A stretch of 63,711 nt of DNA, counting the filler, from Octopus bimaculoides (Eukaryota), in assembly GCF_001194135.2 (NCBI RefSeq). It is 3 parts of 3 records of this genome, joined end to end, with 100 filler letters (N's around TTAATTAATTAA, not from the genome) between each part and the next. Parts side by side here need not be neighbours in the genome. Positions count along the whole stretch, not along the records: positions 1 to 29,663 come from NC_069009.1; positions 29,764 to 59,570 come from NC_068989.1; 1 more part is not named here. One strand, given 5' to 3'. Of this stretch, positions 23,487 to 37,561 are shown piece after piece. The notes beneath the pieces are model-generated. The model searched no databases. It was not told the origin of the DNA and saw only the letters and a program-made list of their open reading frames with translations. A program made the position numbers and the translations under genes. The stretch's first letter is position 1, and every line of letters starts with the position of its first letter.

Positions 23487-23721
23487 TATACATGTGGGGG
23501 AATGTATACATACGTAGACATACACATACATATATATGCATATGTATACGCAGACACACGTATATATACATATGTATGTATATCTATCTATATATTTATC
23601 TATGTCTGTTTATCTATCTATCTATCTATCTATCTATCTGTCTGTCCATCTATCTATTTATCTGGATAGATAGACAGATAGATAGATAGACAGATAGATA
23701 GATAGACAGATAGATAGATTG

Positions 23722-23762
<41 letters not shown>

Positions 23763-23954
23763 CATACATACATACATATATACATACATACATACATATA
23801 TACATACGCAAATATACACATATACATTTGTGTATGTATGTATGTATGTATGTATCTACGCTATTCTGTCTTTTGAGGTAGTTAGCTTTATAATTTCTAA
23901 ATATTGATCGTTCGATTTCTTCAACACTGTCACTCACTAACTCACACACACACG

Positions 23955-23987
<33 letters not shown>

Positions 23988-26900
23988 ATACACACACACA
24001 CACACTCTCTCTCTCTTTCTCTCTTTCTCCTTCTCTTCCTCACATTCAACATGCTTCTTTCTCTCTTTTTCACAAAAACACACACTGTCTGTCTTTCCTT
24101 CTCGTTTTTCATTCTTTCTTTCTTTCTTCCTTCCACCCTTTCTTTTGCACATTCAACAAGTCCACCGCACCCGTTCGATCCGTCTCTCCTTCAATCACAC
24201 ACACAAACACACATACAAACACACACACACTAACACACACACACACATANNNNNNNNNNNNNNNNNNNNNNNNNNNNNNNNNNNNNNNNNNNNNNNNNNN
24301 NNNNNNNNNNNNNNNNNNNNNNNNNNNNNNNNNNNNNNNNNNNNNNNNNNNNNNNNNNNNNNNNNNNNNNNNNNNNNNNNNNNNNNNNNNNNNNNNNNNN
24401 NNNNNNNNNNNNNNNNNNNNNNNNNNNNNNNNNNNNNNNNNNNNNNNNNNNNNNNNNNNNNNNNNNNNNNNNNNNNNNNNNNNNNNNNNNNNNNNNNNNN
24501 NNNNNNNNNNNNNNNNNNNNNNNNNNNNNNNNNNNNNNNNNNNNNNNNNNNNNNNNNNNNNNNNNNNNNNNNNNNNNNNNNNNNNNNNNNNNNNNNNNNN
24601 NNNNNNNNNNNNNNNNNNNNNNNNNNNNNNNNNNNNNNNNNNNNNNNNNNNNNNNNNNNNNNNNNNNNNNNNNNNNNNNNNNNNNNNNNNNNNNNNNNNN
24701 NNNNNNNNNNNNNNNNNNNNNNNNNNNNNNNNNNNNNNNNNNNNNNNNNNNNNNNNNNNNNNNNNNNNNNNNNNNNNNNNNNNNNNNNNNNNNNNNNNNN
24801 NNNNNNNNNNNNNNNNNNNNNNNNNNNNNNNNNNNNNNNNNNNNNNNNNNNNNNNNNNNNNNNNNNNNNNNNNNNNNNNNNNNNNNNNNNNNNNNNNNNN
24901 NNNNNNNNNNNNNNNNNNNNNNNNNNNNNNNNNNNNNNNNNNNNNNNNNNNNNNNNNNNNNNNNNNNNNNNNNNNNNNNNNNNNNNNNNNNNNNNNNNNN
25001 NNNNNNNNNNNNNNNNNNNNNNNNNNNNNNNNACACACACAGACACACACACACGCACACAGACACACACACACACAGACACACACACACAGACACACAC
25101 ACACACACACACACACAGACACACTTGTGCCTCGTATAGAAGCAACACACATACACACATACCCTCTCACACTCATAGAAACATACAGAAGCAAACGACA
25201 CAGACGCCAACTACACACACACACACATTACGTACCTTGTATGCGCACAAATACATACAGCCTTCCCACCACATATAAACACACACACACATTGGAGGAA
25301 ACGAAGACACACACACGCACACGCACTGCATCTTATATATATTCACGGTATCGCTGTCGCGCGCGCGGACACACACACACACACACTACCTTTCTTTCTC
25401 TCTCTCTCTTTCTATTCCGTATCCTACCCTTCCTCGCTCACCAATACATGCAACATGTACATCACTCTCTCCCTCTCTCTCCCTTTAACTCTCTGCCTTT
25501 CACACACACTGTCTAATTTCTCTCTATCTATCCATCTCTCTCTCTCTCTCTCTCTATTTATCTACCTATCTATTTATCTGTCTGTCTATATCATTTCTCG
25601 CACACACATACACACACATACCCTCTCTTACTCTCTCTCTCTCTCTATCTATCTATTCATATATCGCTCACTTACATTTCTCTCATTCATTCACTCTCTC
25701 TCTATTTCCCTTTCTATCTAACTTTCTCTTCATCGCTCCCTCCCTCCTCCCGTTTATTATCGTCTGCCACACTCTCAGTCTCTTTTTTCTTTTTTCTTTC
25801 ATTGTTCCTCTCTCAATATAGCTCTCCCTCTCCTTCTCTTCTCTTTGTTCCTCTCTCAATATAGCTCTCTCTTTCTTTCTCTTCCGCACACTCTCTCTCT
25901 CTATTTCTCTTTTACTCTCTTTCGTCGCACCCTCATACAGTCTCTTTCATACAACCATTCACTCTCACTCAGTTGTTCTTACTATATCTAACTTTCACCC
26001 GTTGCTCCCTCTCTCTTTCCATCTACAACCCCTCTCATCCACTCCCTCTCTCTGTCTCTTTGTGTTTCCCCCCCTTAGTCTTTCTATGTCATTCATTTAC
26101 TACTCACACTCCCTTCACCTATCCCTCTGCACACACGGCGCTCTCACTCTTTTACTCTTTCTCCCCTCTCTCTCTCTGCTTCCCTCAAACCTTCTCCTAT
26201 TCTTCTTACTCCCTCACACCCTCACTATTCCTCTTACTCTATCTCCCTCTTTCTCTTTCTTACTCTATCTTTCACTCGTTGCTTCCTGCCTTCTTCTACC
26301 CCCCCCTTACCCTTCACTCTCTCTCTCTGACGAGCTCAAACTTTCTCCTCATCCCCTATTTCCTCCCTCACACACTCTCACTCCCTTTCTATTTCTTTCT
26401 CCCTACCTTCCTCTCTCACGCACATTTTCGTTCCCTTTGTATCTCTCTCCCTTCCTCAAACTTTCACCCCTCTCCGTCTTTTCACTCATACGCTCACTCC
26501 TTTTCTATCTATCTCCCTCCCTTCCACACACACGCGCTCACTCACACACACCATCACTCCATTTCTCTTTCTCTCCCTCCCTCCCTCCCTTTCTCGCACA
26601 CGATCTCCCTCGCTCAAACNNNNNNNNNNNNNNNNNNNNNNNNNNNNNNNNNNNNNNNNNNNNNNNNNNNNNNNNNNNNNNNNNNNNNNNNNNNNNNNNN
26701 NNNNNNNNNNNNNNNNNNNNNNNNNNNNNNNNNNNNNNNNNNNNNNNNNNNNNNNNNNNNNNNNNNNNNNNNNNNNNNNNNNNNNNNNNNNNNNNNNNNN
26801 NNNNNNNNNNNNNNNNNNNNNNNNNNNNNNNNNNNNNNNNNNNNNNNNNNNNNNNNNNNNNNNNNNNNNNNNNNNNNNNNNNNNNNNNNNNNNNNNNNNN

Positions 26901-27129
26901 NNNNNNNNNNNNNNNNNNNNNNNNNNNNNNNNNNNNNNNNNNNNNNNNNNNNNNNNNNNNNNNNNNNNNNNNNNNNNNNNNNNNNNNNNNNNNNNNNNNN
27001 NNNNNNNNNNNNNNNNNNNNNNNNNNNNNNNNNNNNNNNNNNNNNNNNNNNNNNNNNNNNNNNNNNNNNNNNNNNNNNNNNNNNNNNNNNNNNNNNNNNN
27101 NNNNNNNNNNNNNNNNNNNNNNNNNNNNN

Positions 27130-27180
<51 letters not shown>

Positions 27181-27380
27181 GTTTTCCAGATTTCTGTTGA
27201 TATATATGCTTACACACATTTACATACATGCTTGTATATACACACATACAGGTACACACATACACAAACAATACACAGACACACAAACAATACACACATA
27301 TATATCTGTACACACACACACACACATCTATACACGACACATACACACACATATATATACATATATGCAACACATTTCAC

Positions 27381-27430
<50 letters not shown>

Positions 27431-27912
27431 NNNNNNNNNNNNNNNNNNNNNNNNNNNNNNNNNNNNNNNNNNNNNNNNNNNNNNNNNNNNNNNNNNNNNN
27501 NNNNNNNNNNNNNNNNNNNNNNNNNNNNNNNNNNNNNNNNNNNNNNNNNNNNNNNNNNNNNNNNNNNNNNNNNNNNNNNNNNNNNNNNNNNNNNNNNNNN
27601 NNNNNNNNNNNNNNNNNNNNNNNNNNNNNNNNNNNNNNNNNNNNNNNNNNNNNNNNNNNNNNNNNNNNNNNNNNNNNNNNNNNNNNNNNNNNNNNNNNNN
27701 NNNNNNNNNNNNNNNNNNNNNNNNNNNNNNNNNNNNNNNNNNNNNNNNNNNNNNNNNNNNNNNNNNNNNNNNNNNNNNNNNNNNNNNNNNNNNNNNNNNN
27801 NNNNNNNNNNNNNNNNNNNNNNNNNNNNNNNNNNNNNNNNNNNNNNNNNNNNNNNNNNNNNNNNNNNNNNNNNNNNNNNNNNNNNNNNNNNNNNNNNNNN
27901 NNNNNNNNNNNN

Positions 27913-27945
<33 letters not shown>

Positions 27946-28574
27946 TACATACATACATACAGTCTATGCACAAACTTACGTATATACACTCTCTTCGAAA
28001 CAATCTTTGTCAGAAATCTCACTGCTTGCGCGAGCATAAAATGCATGTATGTGCACAAGCATTGTGTGCATGCGAGATATGCTTATTAAGTAACAGATAG
28101 CAAAGAACACACAGCCATACACATGTGTATACATTGTATAACTCCATAGACCTCTCTTCACGAATGTATTACACGCGCGCACACAATTGCATGCTTGTGT
28201 GTCAGCGCGTGTTTCGAAATATATATGTGTGTGCGCGCGTGCGTAGCCAAGCAACTGTCATTCGCGCACATGTCTCTGTCTTTCTTTCTCTCTCTCTTTT
28301 CCCTTCTCTTTCTCTCTCCACCCCATCCCTCCCTTTTGCTCTAACCGTTGTCTAGCGCGCGCTCACGCAGCACACACACACACACACACACGGTTACACA
28401 CTCTCATACATACACATGGAAACACATCACGAATACACACACACACACATGTGAACACGCTTTCATACATGCACATGTAAACATACACACATATATATAC
28501 ACAGATGTACCTCCGTAAACAGTTTTTATATAAATGTATACACACACACACTACCAAAGATATATGCACCCCCT

Positions 28575-28607
<33 letters not shown>

Positions 28608-28729
28608 TAATACTCTCTCTCTCACTCACACACACACACACACACACACATACTCTTTCTCTCACACACACACACACACACACACACACATTCAAAAAGT
28701 GCTAGTTTGAAAAAAAAGAAAGTTCAACG

Positions 28730-29663
28730 AAAGAGCCAGCAAGCGATCATCTAGAAATAGCAGTCAAATATTTGTCAAATCGAACACTCCCGGTTTGTTT
28801 GCATAATACAGGACACATTTGAGAATGTAGTCTAAGGTATACTTTGCCTGAACATCTTCGTTCGTCGGCTCTGCTGGATCAACAGCTATTACCACTTATA
28901 CTACACTATTCATGAGAGAACGCAGTCATAGATACTCTACCTTAAATAGGCGGGATGGTCACAATTGGATCATCTTTGATCATAAGTCTGCTGGATCAGG
29001 ACTGACCTTGGGCTAAACAACACCAACAACTATAACCACTAATGCTAACTACTATACTATACATTAGATAAGGTAGTCCTAGATACACTATGCCTGAACA
29101 AAAGGCGAGATGGTCACGCCTGGAACATTTTTGATTATAGTTCTGCCGGATCATGGCTGACCTGGAGAAATTAATCCGCTCCAAATACAACAACACCAAC
29201 ACCTAATTGATCAACAGTAAAACAGGAAACTCTCACATGGTTGATGGACTTGCTAGAAATAACAGTAAACGTTCCCTCAAATCACTTCCTCCCACCTAAG
29301 AGAATGATACATGTAGTAGATATAAGAGGAGACGGTCACGGTTGGAAGACCCTAGATTGTAGGTGTTTTTTATCGGTGTTTATCTAGAGATAAATGGACC
29401 CCCCCCCCCAACGCCCAACAAGTAGGCGCTAACGAGAGAGCGAGTGTGTGGTCGCTTTGGCATGCTAGAAATAGCAGCTAATGCTGCCTGTTGTCTTTCC
29501 TAAAATCGTTTAAACGTGAGACGAATATATTTAAATATGTAATTAGAGTCGGAGCAAGGACGGAGTTTTGGAATAGCTACCTCATGAATACTTTGCCGAG
29601 GGATGGTCACGGCTGGAATAATACTTTTGGTCATAAGTTTTATGATTAGGGATGAACTAGGGT
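28730..29663 (+). repeat. Decayed family-E units
   Basis: GATGGTCAC..TGGAA...GATCATA(A/G)GT motifs at ~28950, 29110, 29335 and 29600. Confidence 0.7.
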
Positions 29664-29763
29664 NNNNNNNNNNNNNNNNNNNNNNNNNNNNNNNNNNNNN
29701 NNNNNNNTTAATTAATTAANNNNNNNNNNNNNNNNNNNNNNNNNNNNNNNNNNNNNNNNNNNN
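29664..29763. other. Artificial 100-bp scaffold-join spacer
   Basis: Exactly N44-TTAATTAATTAA-N44, identical in structure to 59571-59670. The 12-mer has stops in all six frames. Confidence 0.9.
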
Positions 29764-30244
29764 ATGAAGCTCTTTGCTAAGCTACTTTACACTAAAAAAA
29801 TATTTTCGTTATATTTCAAAGACATATTTTAAAACTCTTTTATTGCTATTAACTCTCATTTCTGTAAATTGTCTTCAATAATTTTTTAATGTTAACTTAG
29901 GTGAACACTAATTTTTTTTTTTTTTTTTTGTCGTTTCCCTCTTTTCTTTTTCTTCTTTTTTTCCAAGCAGAAAACCTGGAACATCATTTCAGGATTTGTA
30001 CAGCTTCCTTTATTCCTTTCTGGCGTTATTTATTCTTAATCTTCACTGGCTTTCTATATAAGCAGTAACTTTTTGGTAAAGATTCCTCTTTGCTATCTGC
30101 TGACGATTGTTGCACCACACTATTTATTTTGCTTTAATGATTGCTAGAAACATTAGCTGCTGCTCACGGAAGATACGTTTAAAACGAGTATCTATCAACT
30201 TTAATATATATAACGGAGTTTTTTGTATTTTTTCGTTTTTAGTC

Positions 30245-30625
30245 ATTGGTTATGTGGTTAAAAAGCTCGCTTTGCGACCAAGTCATTTCAGTACCGTGGA
30301 CAAGTCGTACTGCGCGGCACTTTGGACACGTGTCTTCTGTTCTGACCCCCTGAACTGACCAATGCTTTGTCAGTGAATTTTGCAGATAGAAATTGTGTGG
30401 AAGCCTGTCGTGTATGAGTACGTGTGTTTGTGTATGTGTGAGCGTTTTTGTGTTGGTATTTGTCCTACCAACACCGCTTGACAACCGATGTTGGTTTGTT
30501 TACTTCACCTAGCAGTTCCACAAAGAGACGATAGAATATGTACAAGGGGTAATTTGTTCGACAAAACTTTTCAAGGCAGTGCTCTAGCATGGCCGCAACC
30601 AATGACTGGAACAAAAGATAAAATA
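30245..30625 (+). mobile_element. SINE family A (diverged)
   Basis: Head TGGTTATGTGGTTAAAAAGCTCGC through tail GCATGGCCGCAACCAATGACTGG. Confidence 0.75.
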
Positions 30626-33360
30626 TAAATGGAAAATAAAAAAATAACGATGTAATTCTAGTGCTGATGTCAGGCTGTTGGGTGGTTCATGATGTATGAG
30701 GCATCGATTATAGTGGGAGATTTGAAGTATCTATTGTCTGGGCAAGTATAGATAACCTTTACGTTAGATTTTTTGAAAATCGTGTGGTAGTTGTTTCTTA
30801 TGTGGATTACACTCATAATGTAGGGGGATTGTACGACATGATGTTTCTCTTGTTGAGTTTCCTGTTGGTCCTTCGTGTGTGTGTGTATTTACACTGATGT
30901 TGGTGTGATTACGTCTCCGTAACTTAGTGGTTCGGCAAAAGAGACCGATAGAATAAGTACTAGGCTTTACGAAAAAGGATAAGTTCTGGGGTTGATTCGT
31001 TCGACTAAGAAATCTTCAAGGCGGTGCCCCAACATACATACATGCATACATACATACACACATAGTAATAACAATAATAATCCGTGGATGGAATTTATAA
31101 ATATTTAAATGAATCGCTACGCGCGTTTCCACAATTCTAAGATCATAGTCCGTATTCCTGGGATGATTACAAGATTACACACACACATACATACACAAAT
31201 ATATGTGCATATANNNNNNNNNNNNNNNNNNNNNNNNNNNNNNNNNNNNNNNNNNNNNNNNNNNNNNNNNNNNNNNNNNNNNNNNNNNNNNNNNNNNNNN
31301 NNNNNNNNNNNNNNNNNNNNNNNNNNNNNNNNNNNNNNNNNNNNNNNNNNNNNNNNNNNNNNNNNNNNNNNNNNNNNNNNNNNNNNNNNNNNNNNNNNNN
31401 NNNNNNNNNNNNNNNNNNNNNNNNNNNNNNNNNNNNNNNNNNNNNNNNNNNNNNNNNNNNNNNNNNNNNNNNNNNNNNNNNNNNNNNNNNNNNNNNNNNN
31501 NNNNNNNNNNNNNNNNNNNNNNNNNNNNNNNNNNNNNNNNNNNNNNNNNNNNNNNNNNNNNNNNNNNNNNNNNNNNNNNNNNNNNNNNNNNNNNNNNNNN
31601 NNNNNNNNNNNNNNNNNNNNNNNNNNNNNNNNNNNNNNTGAGACAGAGAAGGTGACGGTGGTGGTGGTGATGGTGGTTGCGGGGGTTTGCCTGCTATATA
31701 TGTGTGTGTGTCTGTGTGTGTGTGAATATATGTGTGTGTATGAATATATGTGTGCATATATATGTGTGTATGTATATGTGTATGAATATGTGTGCGTATG
31801 TGTGTGTGTGTGTGAATATATGCGTGTGTGTGAATATATGTGCGTGTATGAATATGTGTGTACATATATATATGTATGTATGTGTGTATGAATATATGTG
31901 TGTGTGTGTTTGTGTGTATACACACACATGTTTACATATGTATGTGTATATGTGTATAAATATGTGATATATATATGTATGTATATATATATGTGTGTGT
32001 GTGTGCATGTAGGTAGGTAGGTAGGTAGGTAGGTAGATAGATAGATAGATAGATAGATATACACACACACACATTCACATTTTATTGTACATATGAAATA
32101 TGTTATTATATGCGTGTGTGTGTGTGTGTGTATTTGCATGCATGTATGTGTTTGTATGTATGTGTTTCCGTCAATCTTTTTCCAAGCCTGTGTTGGTTGC
32201 TATGGGAATCGTTAAGTATATAAATCACACAGCAGTTAAGGGTCTATTTATTTGTATAGCAGAAGGGGGGGGTGATTAGGTGGCGGGAAGTGGGGCGGGC
32301 GAGGTGACGGCAGCAGCAGCAGCAGTAGCAGTAGTAGTAGTAGCGGTGGTGGTGGTGGTGGTGGTGGTGGTGATGGTGGTGGTGGTATACCGGGGTGAAT
32401 TGGTTTATATGGACAGTGAGTTGAGGTGGCAGCTGTATTTATTTATTATGCTTTTGTGGAGGTATGTGATGATGCTGAAGTGGAGGAAATTCGCTGCCAT
32501 GGATTAAAAATGTTTAGTTTGTGGCTCTAATCCCACCCTACAAGTATTTTCTTTAATCCATCATCCCACGTCCCAAATAGTTATCAAGTTCTTGTAGACT
32601 GCTTTCAAATTTTGACAGAAGGCCAGTAATTTGGGGGAGGGTTAAGTCAATTACATCGACCTCAGTCTTCTAACTGGTACTCATTTGACAGTTCTATATT
32701 TGAGAGATGAGAAATCTAGTATTTTCCTATCCTTCTTTAACTCATTAAGTCCCACTGTCCTAGAAATAGGACACTAAATGAGAACATTAAATAAGCTCCA
32801 TCAACTTGTCTCAGTGTCCTATTTATAAAACCCTAAAACCATCATTAACCTTGACAGTCACATCTTCAGGATGGTGGCAGATGTAGCTTTTCTCTATAGG
32901 CAAGGCCAATGAGATTGATAGAGATAATATTAGTGAAATTTTAAAGTTTGACCATTAAACTTTTGTGCCACCAGTCTGATATTTATTTTTGTTTATAACT
33001 AATGTATGTTGGGCACCTTCTATTAACGCTCTGGGCCGATCAAAGCCTTGAGAGTGGATTTAGTTGATAGAAACTGAAAGGATCCCATCGCAAATATCTG
33101 TGTTTTTCTGTGTGTTTGTGTTTGCTCTATATCATCACTTGATAACCGGTGTTGGTTTGTTTCCATCCCTGTAACTTCGTGGTTCAGCAAAGGATGTATA
33201 TGTGTGTGTGTGTGGTTGTATGTAAGTGTTGCTATATGTGCATATGTGTCGAGGTTTGTGTGTGTGTGTGCACGCGCGTGTGTTTATTTGTGTATGTTTA
33301 ATGGCTGTATGTGTACATATGAATACGCACGTCTGTATATGAATGAATATATGTATTATG

Positions 33361-33401
<41 letters not shown>

Positions 33402-33641
33402 GAAAAGTACCAGACTACAGAAGACAAATAAGTACTGGGGTCGTGTTTGACTAAAACACTTCAAGGCGGTGCTCCAGCATGACCGCAGTGCAGTGAATGA
33501 AGGAAGTAAATGATAAATGATTATGATCGTTATTGATCTATTTTCTGGTATATTCTGTTGAGTACAGGTGTGTTGACTACTGTTTTCCTAATTGTTTGTG
33601 TGTAGGTGTGTGTGTGCGTGTGTGTATGAGTGAGAGAGAGG

Positions 33642-33672
<31 letters not shown>

Positions 33673-34296
33673 AGAGATGTAGTGTGATGCAATTGTTCCT
33701 TGTTGTAAATGCATAGTGAGACAACTTGAGAGTGTTGTACATGTATGTCTAACGTAATCTAGGAGATGAAACTGAGAACATTTTGAAATGACAATGACGA
33801 ATTTNNNNNNNNNNATATATATATACATTCATACATGCATACGTGTGTGTGTATGGTGTGTGTGCATGTGCGTGTACGTGTGCACATGCATACATGGTTG
33901 CATGTAAAAAGTTCAATAGAAATAATAATGAAGAGAGTACTCAATACTGAATTTAGAGTATCAAGGTATAATATACATTTATTGAGCTGGAAAGTCATAT
34001 TCGATAACACTGAATTCTATGACTGTGATTGCCAGAGACATGAACCTCTTAGTTACAAAACTCGAACTTATTAAATGTAATATATAGTTTAATATAATTT
34101 AACATAATTTAATATAATATATATGAATCGATTTGATCTAGCTTCAGCTTATGAGCTGTGGCCATGCTGGGACACTGCCATTATATGTGTGTATATATAT
34201 ATATATAATATAATGTAATGTAATATAATGCATAAAGATGTACACACAAACACCCGCACATATCATAATACGTACATTAATTCATGTGTACGTATG

Positions 34297-34330
<34 letters not shown>

Positions 34331-35574
34331 NNNNNNNNNNNNNNNNNNNNNNNNNNNNNNNNNNNNNNNNNNNNNNNNNNNNNNNNNNNNNNNNNNNNNN
34401 NNNNNNNNNNNNNNNNNNNNNNNNNNNNNNNNNNNNNNNNNNNNNNNNNNNNNNNNNNNNNNNNNNNNNNNNNNNNNNNNNNNNNNNNNNNNNNNNNNNN
34501 NNNNNNNNNNNNNNNNNNNNNNNNNNNNNNNNNNNNNNNNNNNNNNNNNNNNNNNNNNNNNNNNNNNNNNNNNNNNNNNNNNNNNNNNNNNNNNNNNNNN
34601 NNNNNNNNNNNNNNNNNNNNNNNNNNNNNNNNNNNNNNNNNNNNNNNNNNNNNNNNNNNNNNNNNNNNNNNNNNNNNNNNNNNNNNNNNNNNNNNNNNNN
34701 NNNNNNNNNNNNNNNNNNNNNNNNNNNNNNNNNNNNNNNNNNNNNNNNNNNNNNNNNNNNNNNNNNNNNNNNNNNNNNNNNNNNNNNNNNNNNNNNNNNN
34801 NNNNNNNNNNNNNNNNNNNNNNNNNNNNNNNNNNNNNNNNNNNNNNNNNNNNNNNNNNNNNNNNNNNNNNNNNNNNNNNNNNNNNNNNNNNNNNNNNNNN
34901 NNNNNNNNNNNNNNNNNNNNNNNNNNNNNNNNNNNNNNNNNNNNNNNNNNNNNNNNNNNNNNNNNNNNNNNNNNNNNNNNNNNNNNNNNNNNNNNNNNNN
35001 NNNNNNNNNNNNNNNNNNNNNNNNNNNNNNNNNNNNATATATATATATATTAAATACAGCTATATAAGTATAGATATATACAGAAATACACACTTACGCA
35101 CGTACACACACACATCAACATTTACAAGCAGAAACGCATACATATTAATAGAGATGTATGTTCGGACATACAGATACATAGTGAAATACAGCCATACACA
35201 TTTATTAACAATTATTACACTTGAATAGACACCTGCAAGTATATCTAGATCTAGATCTAAATCTCTTTCCTCCCTCTCTCTCCCTCTCTCTCTCACTATA
35301 TATATGCACACTACACACACACACACACACACACACAATGTATATCTTCATGTGTGTATTCATATATAATTCAGTTACAAGCAAACATGCCTGCACACTT
35401 GTAACACACAGCCACACAGCCCCACATTATATATTTATGAAAAAACAAACGTAATCAAATGTTATTTAAAATTCTATAAACAATATTGGAATTTCAACAC
35501 CTACCTAAATATCCATTTCTATTTATCTCTCTGACAATCTGTCAGTCTGTTTGTCTATCTATCTGTCAATATCA

Positions 35575-36343
35575 TTATCATCATCATCATTGTTTAACGT
35601 CCGTTTCCATGCTGGCATGGGTTGGACGGTTCGACTGGGATCTGGGAAGCCAGGAGGCTGCACCAGGCTCCGAACTGACCTGGTCTCATATGCCCTTCCT
35701 AACTCCGACCACTCCGAGAGTGTAGTGGGTGCTTTTTACGTGCCACCGGCACAGGGGCCAGAGGAGGCTGGAAATGACCACAATCAGTTGGTGCTTTTTA
35801 CTGGCCACCGGCACGGAAGCCTGTCAAGGTGGCACTGGCATCGGCCATGTTCGGACGGTGCTTTTTATGTGCAACCAGCACGGGGGTCACAACTACAATT
35901 TCCATTTGATATTGATGTTGATGTACTTGACTCAATAGGTCTCCTCANNNNNNNNNNNNNNNNNNNNNNNNNNNNNNNNNNNNNNNNNNNNNNNNNNNNN
36001 NNNNNNNNNNNNNNNNNNNNNNNNNNNNNNNNNNNNNNNNNNNNNNNNNNNNNNNNNNNNNNNNNNNNNNNNNNNNNNNNNNNNNNNNNNNNNNNNNNNN
36101 NNNNNNNNNNNNNNTATGCAACACTGGTGTAGATTTCAGCTGTGAACTCGCTTTATTTGCCGGGTCTTTTCAGTCACAGCATATCTCCAGAGGTCTCGGT
36201 CTTTCGTCTTTGCCTCTGTGAGGCCCAACGTTCGAAGGTCATGCTTCACCACCTCATCCCATGTCTTCCTGGGTCTCCCTCTACCCCGGATTCATTCAAC
36301 TGTTTGGGAGTGGCACTTATTCGCACTGCTCTCCTCATCTATC

Positions 36344-36345
<2 letters not shown>
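35575..36345 (-). mobile_element. 5'-truncated RTE-clade LINE 3' end with a (GAT)n tail (family D)
   Basis: Minus strand RGRGRPRKTWDEVVKHDLRTLGLTEAKTKDRDLWRYAVTEKTRQ matches the RTE ORF2 C-terminus. 3' UTR ends GCATGGAAACGGACGTTAAACAATGATGATG. Confidence 0.8.
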
Positions 36346-36382
<37 letters not shown>

Positions 36383-36701
36383 CTAATATAATATGATATA
36401 TATAGATATGTATGTTTATGTGTCTATGTTTGTCCACCCACCATCACTTGACAACCAATATTGGTGTGTTTACGTCCCTGTAACTTAGCAGTTTAGCAAA
36501 GAGAGGCCGATAGAATAAGTACTAGGCTTACAAAGAATAAGTCTAGCCAGCTCCTGTCAAACTGTCCAACCCATGCCAACATGGAAGGCACACGTTATAA
36601 TGGTGATGATGATGATGATACACACACACATCCATACACATGCATATATACGTATATATCATCATCATCATATATACACACACACACACATACACATATC
36701 T

Positions 36702-36732
<31 letters not shown>

Positions 36733-37389
36733 TATATATATACAATAAATGGAGAAAAGTATTTAAAATATATATATATGTAGAGAGAGTGAGAGAGAGA
36801 GAGAATTAAATGGATAAACAAATTAAATATAACAGCTTGGTTTTGATGCACACACACACAAACATACACACACACACGTGCATGCACAAATTACATCGTG
36901 TGTGTACAGTTGGATGTACAACTGCAGCTGTTGAGTTCAGAGTTCAACATGAAATATCATTTTCCAGTCTGCTTTGGGTATCGTGGTTTACTGACAACTA
37001 AACTTAGTTATGATATCCATAATCATTGGTTGCGATATACAAAGCAAATGTCGGAGGAACTATGCTGATACTCTAACCATTGAGCCATGTGCCTTCACTA
37101 CCATATCTACCATATATGTGTGTGTGTACGTGTGTGTACATTTATACATACATACATATATGTATTTTTTTTGGCCCTTTTTGACTATGCAGACGTCAAT
37201 TTAGCTTTTAGAGGTCTCTTAATCGAACATATCAGGGGCTCCCTTTTCTTGCAGCTTCTTTCATGGCTGATTCCTTTTATGATTGAAGTGCAGCGTCTGT
37301 CACAGTCCTTGCCTACCAAGAGGGTGGCTCGGAACTCTGCATTTCTGTTGTTTTCATTTCGCTTTATTAAAAAGCATCAAAATATCGCA

Positions 37390-37435
37390 AAAACTGTTAC
37401 TCAGAGTTTCCTGCTCCCATTCGTCAGACAGTTTT
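37390..37435 (-). ncRNA. Minimal type I hammerhead ribozyme, one stem II mismatch
   Basis: Minus strand AAAACTGT-CTGACGA-ATG GGAG CAG-GAAA-CTCTGAG-TA-ACAGTTTT. The 10.1/11.1 pair is A.G. Confidence 0.7.
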
Positions 37436-37515
37436 GTTTAGAATGGAACAAGATAAAGCTAAATGCAGATAAAGTTATATTTCTGCATATAACTTTATCC
37501 TGCTCCATTCTAAAC

Positions 37516-37561
37516 AAAACTGTCTGATGAACGGGAACGTGAAACTCTGAGTAACAGTTTT
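37516..37561 (+). ncRNA. Intact minimal type I hammerhead ribozyme
   Basis: AAAACTGT (stem I) CTGATGA ACG-GGAA-CGT (stem II, GNRA loop) GAAA C-TCTGA-G T A | ACAGTTTT. Complete core, 8-bp stem I, GUA site, predicted cut after 37553. Confidence 0.85.

Noticed and set aside
29708-29719. TTAATTAATTAA island inside Ns (also at 59615-59626)
   Set aside because: Identical 44+12+44 layout twice indicates a synthetic join spacer, not biology.
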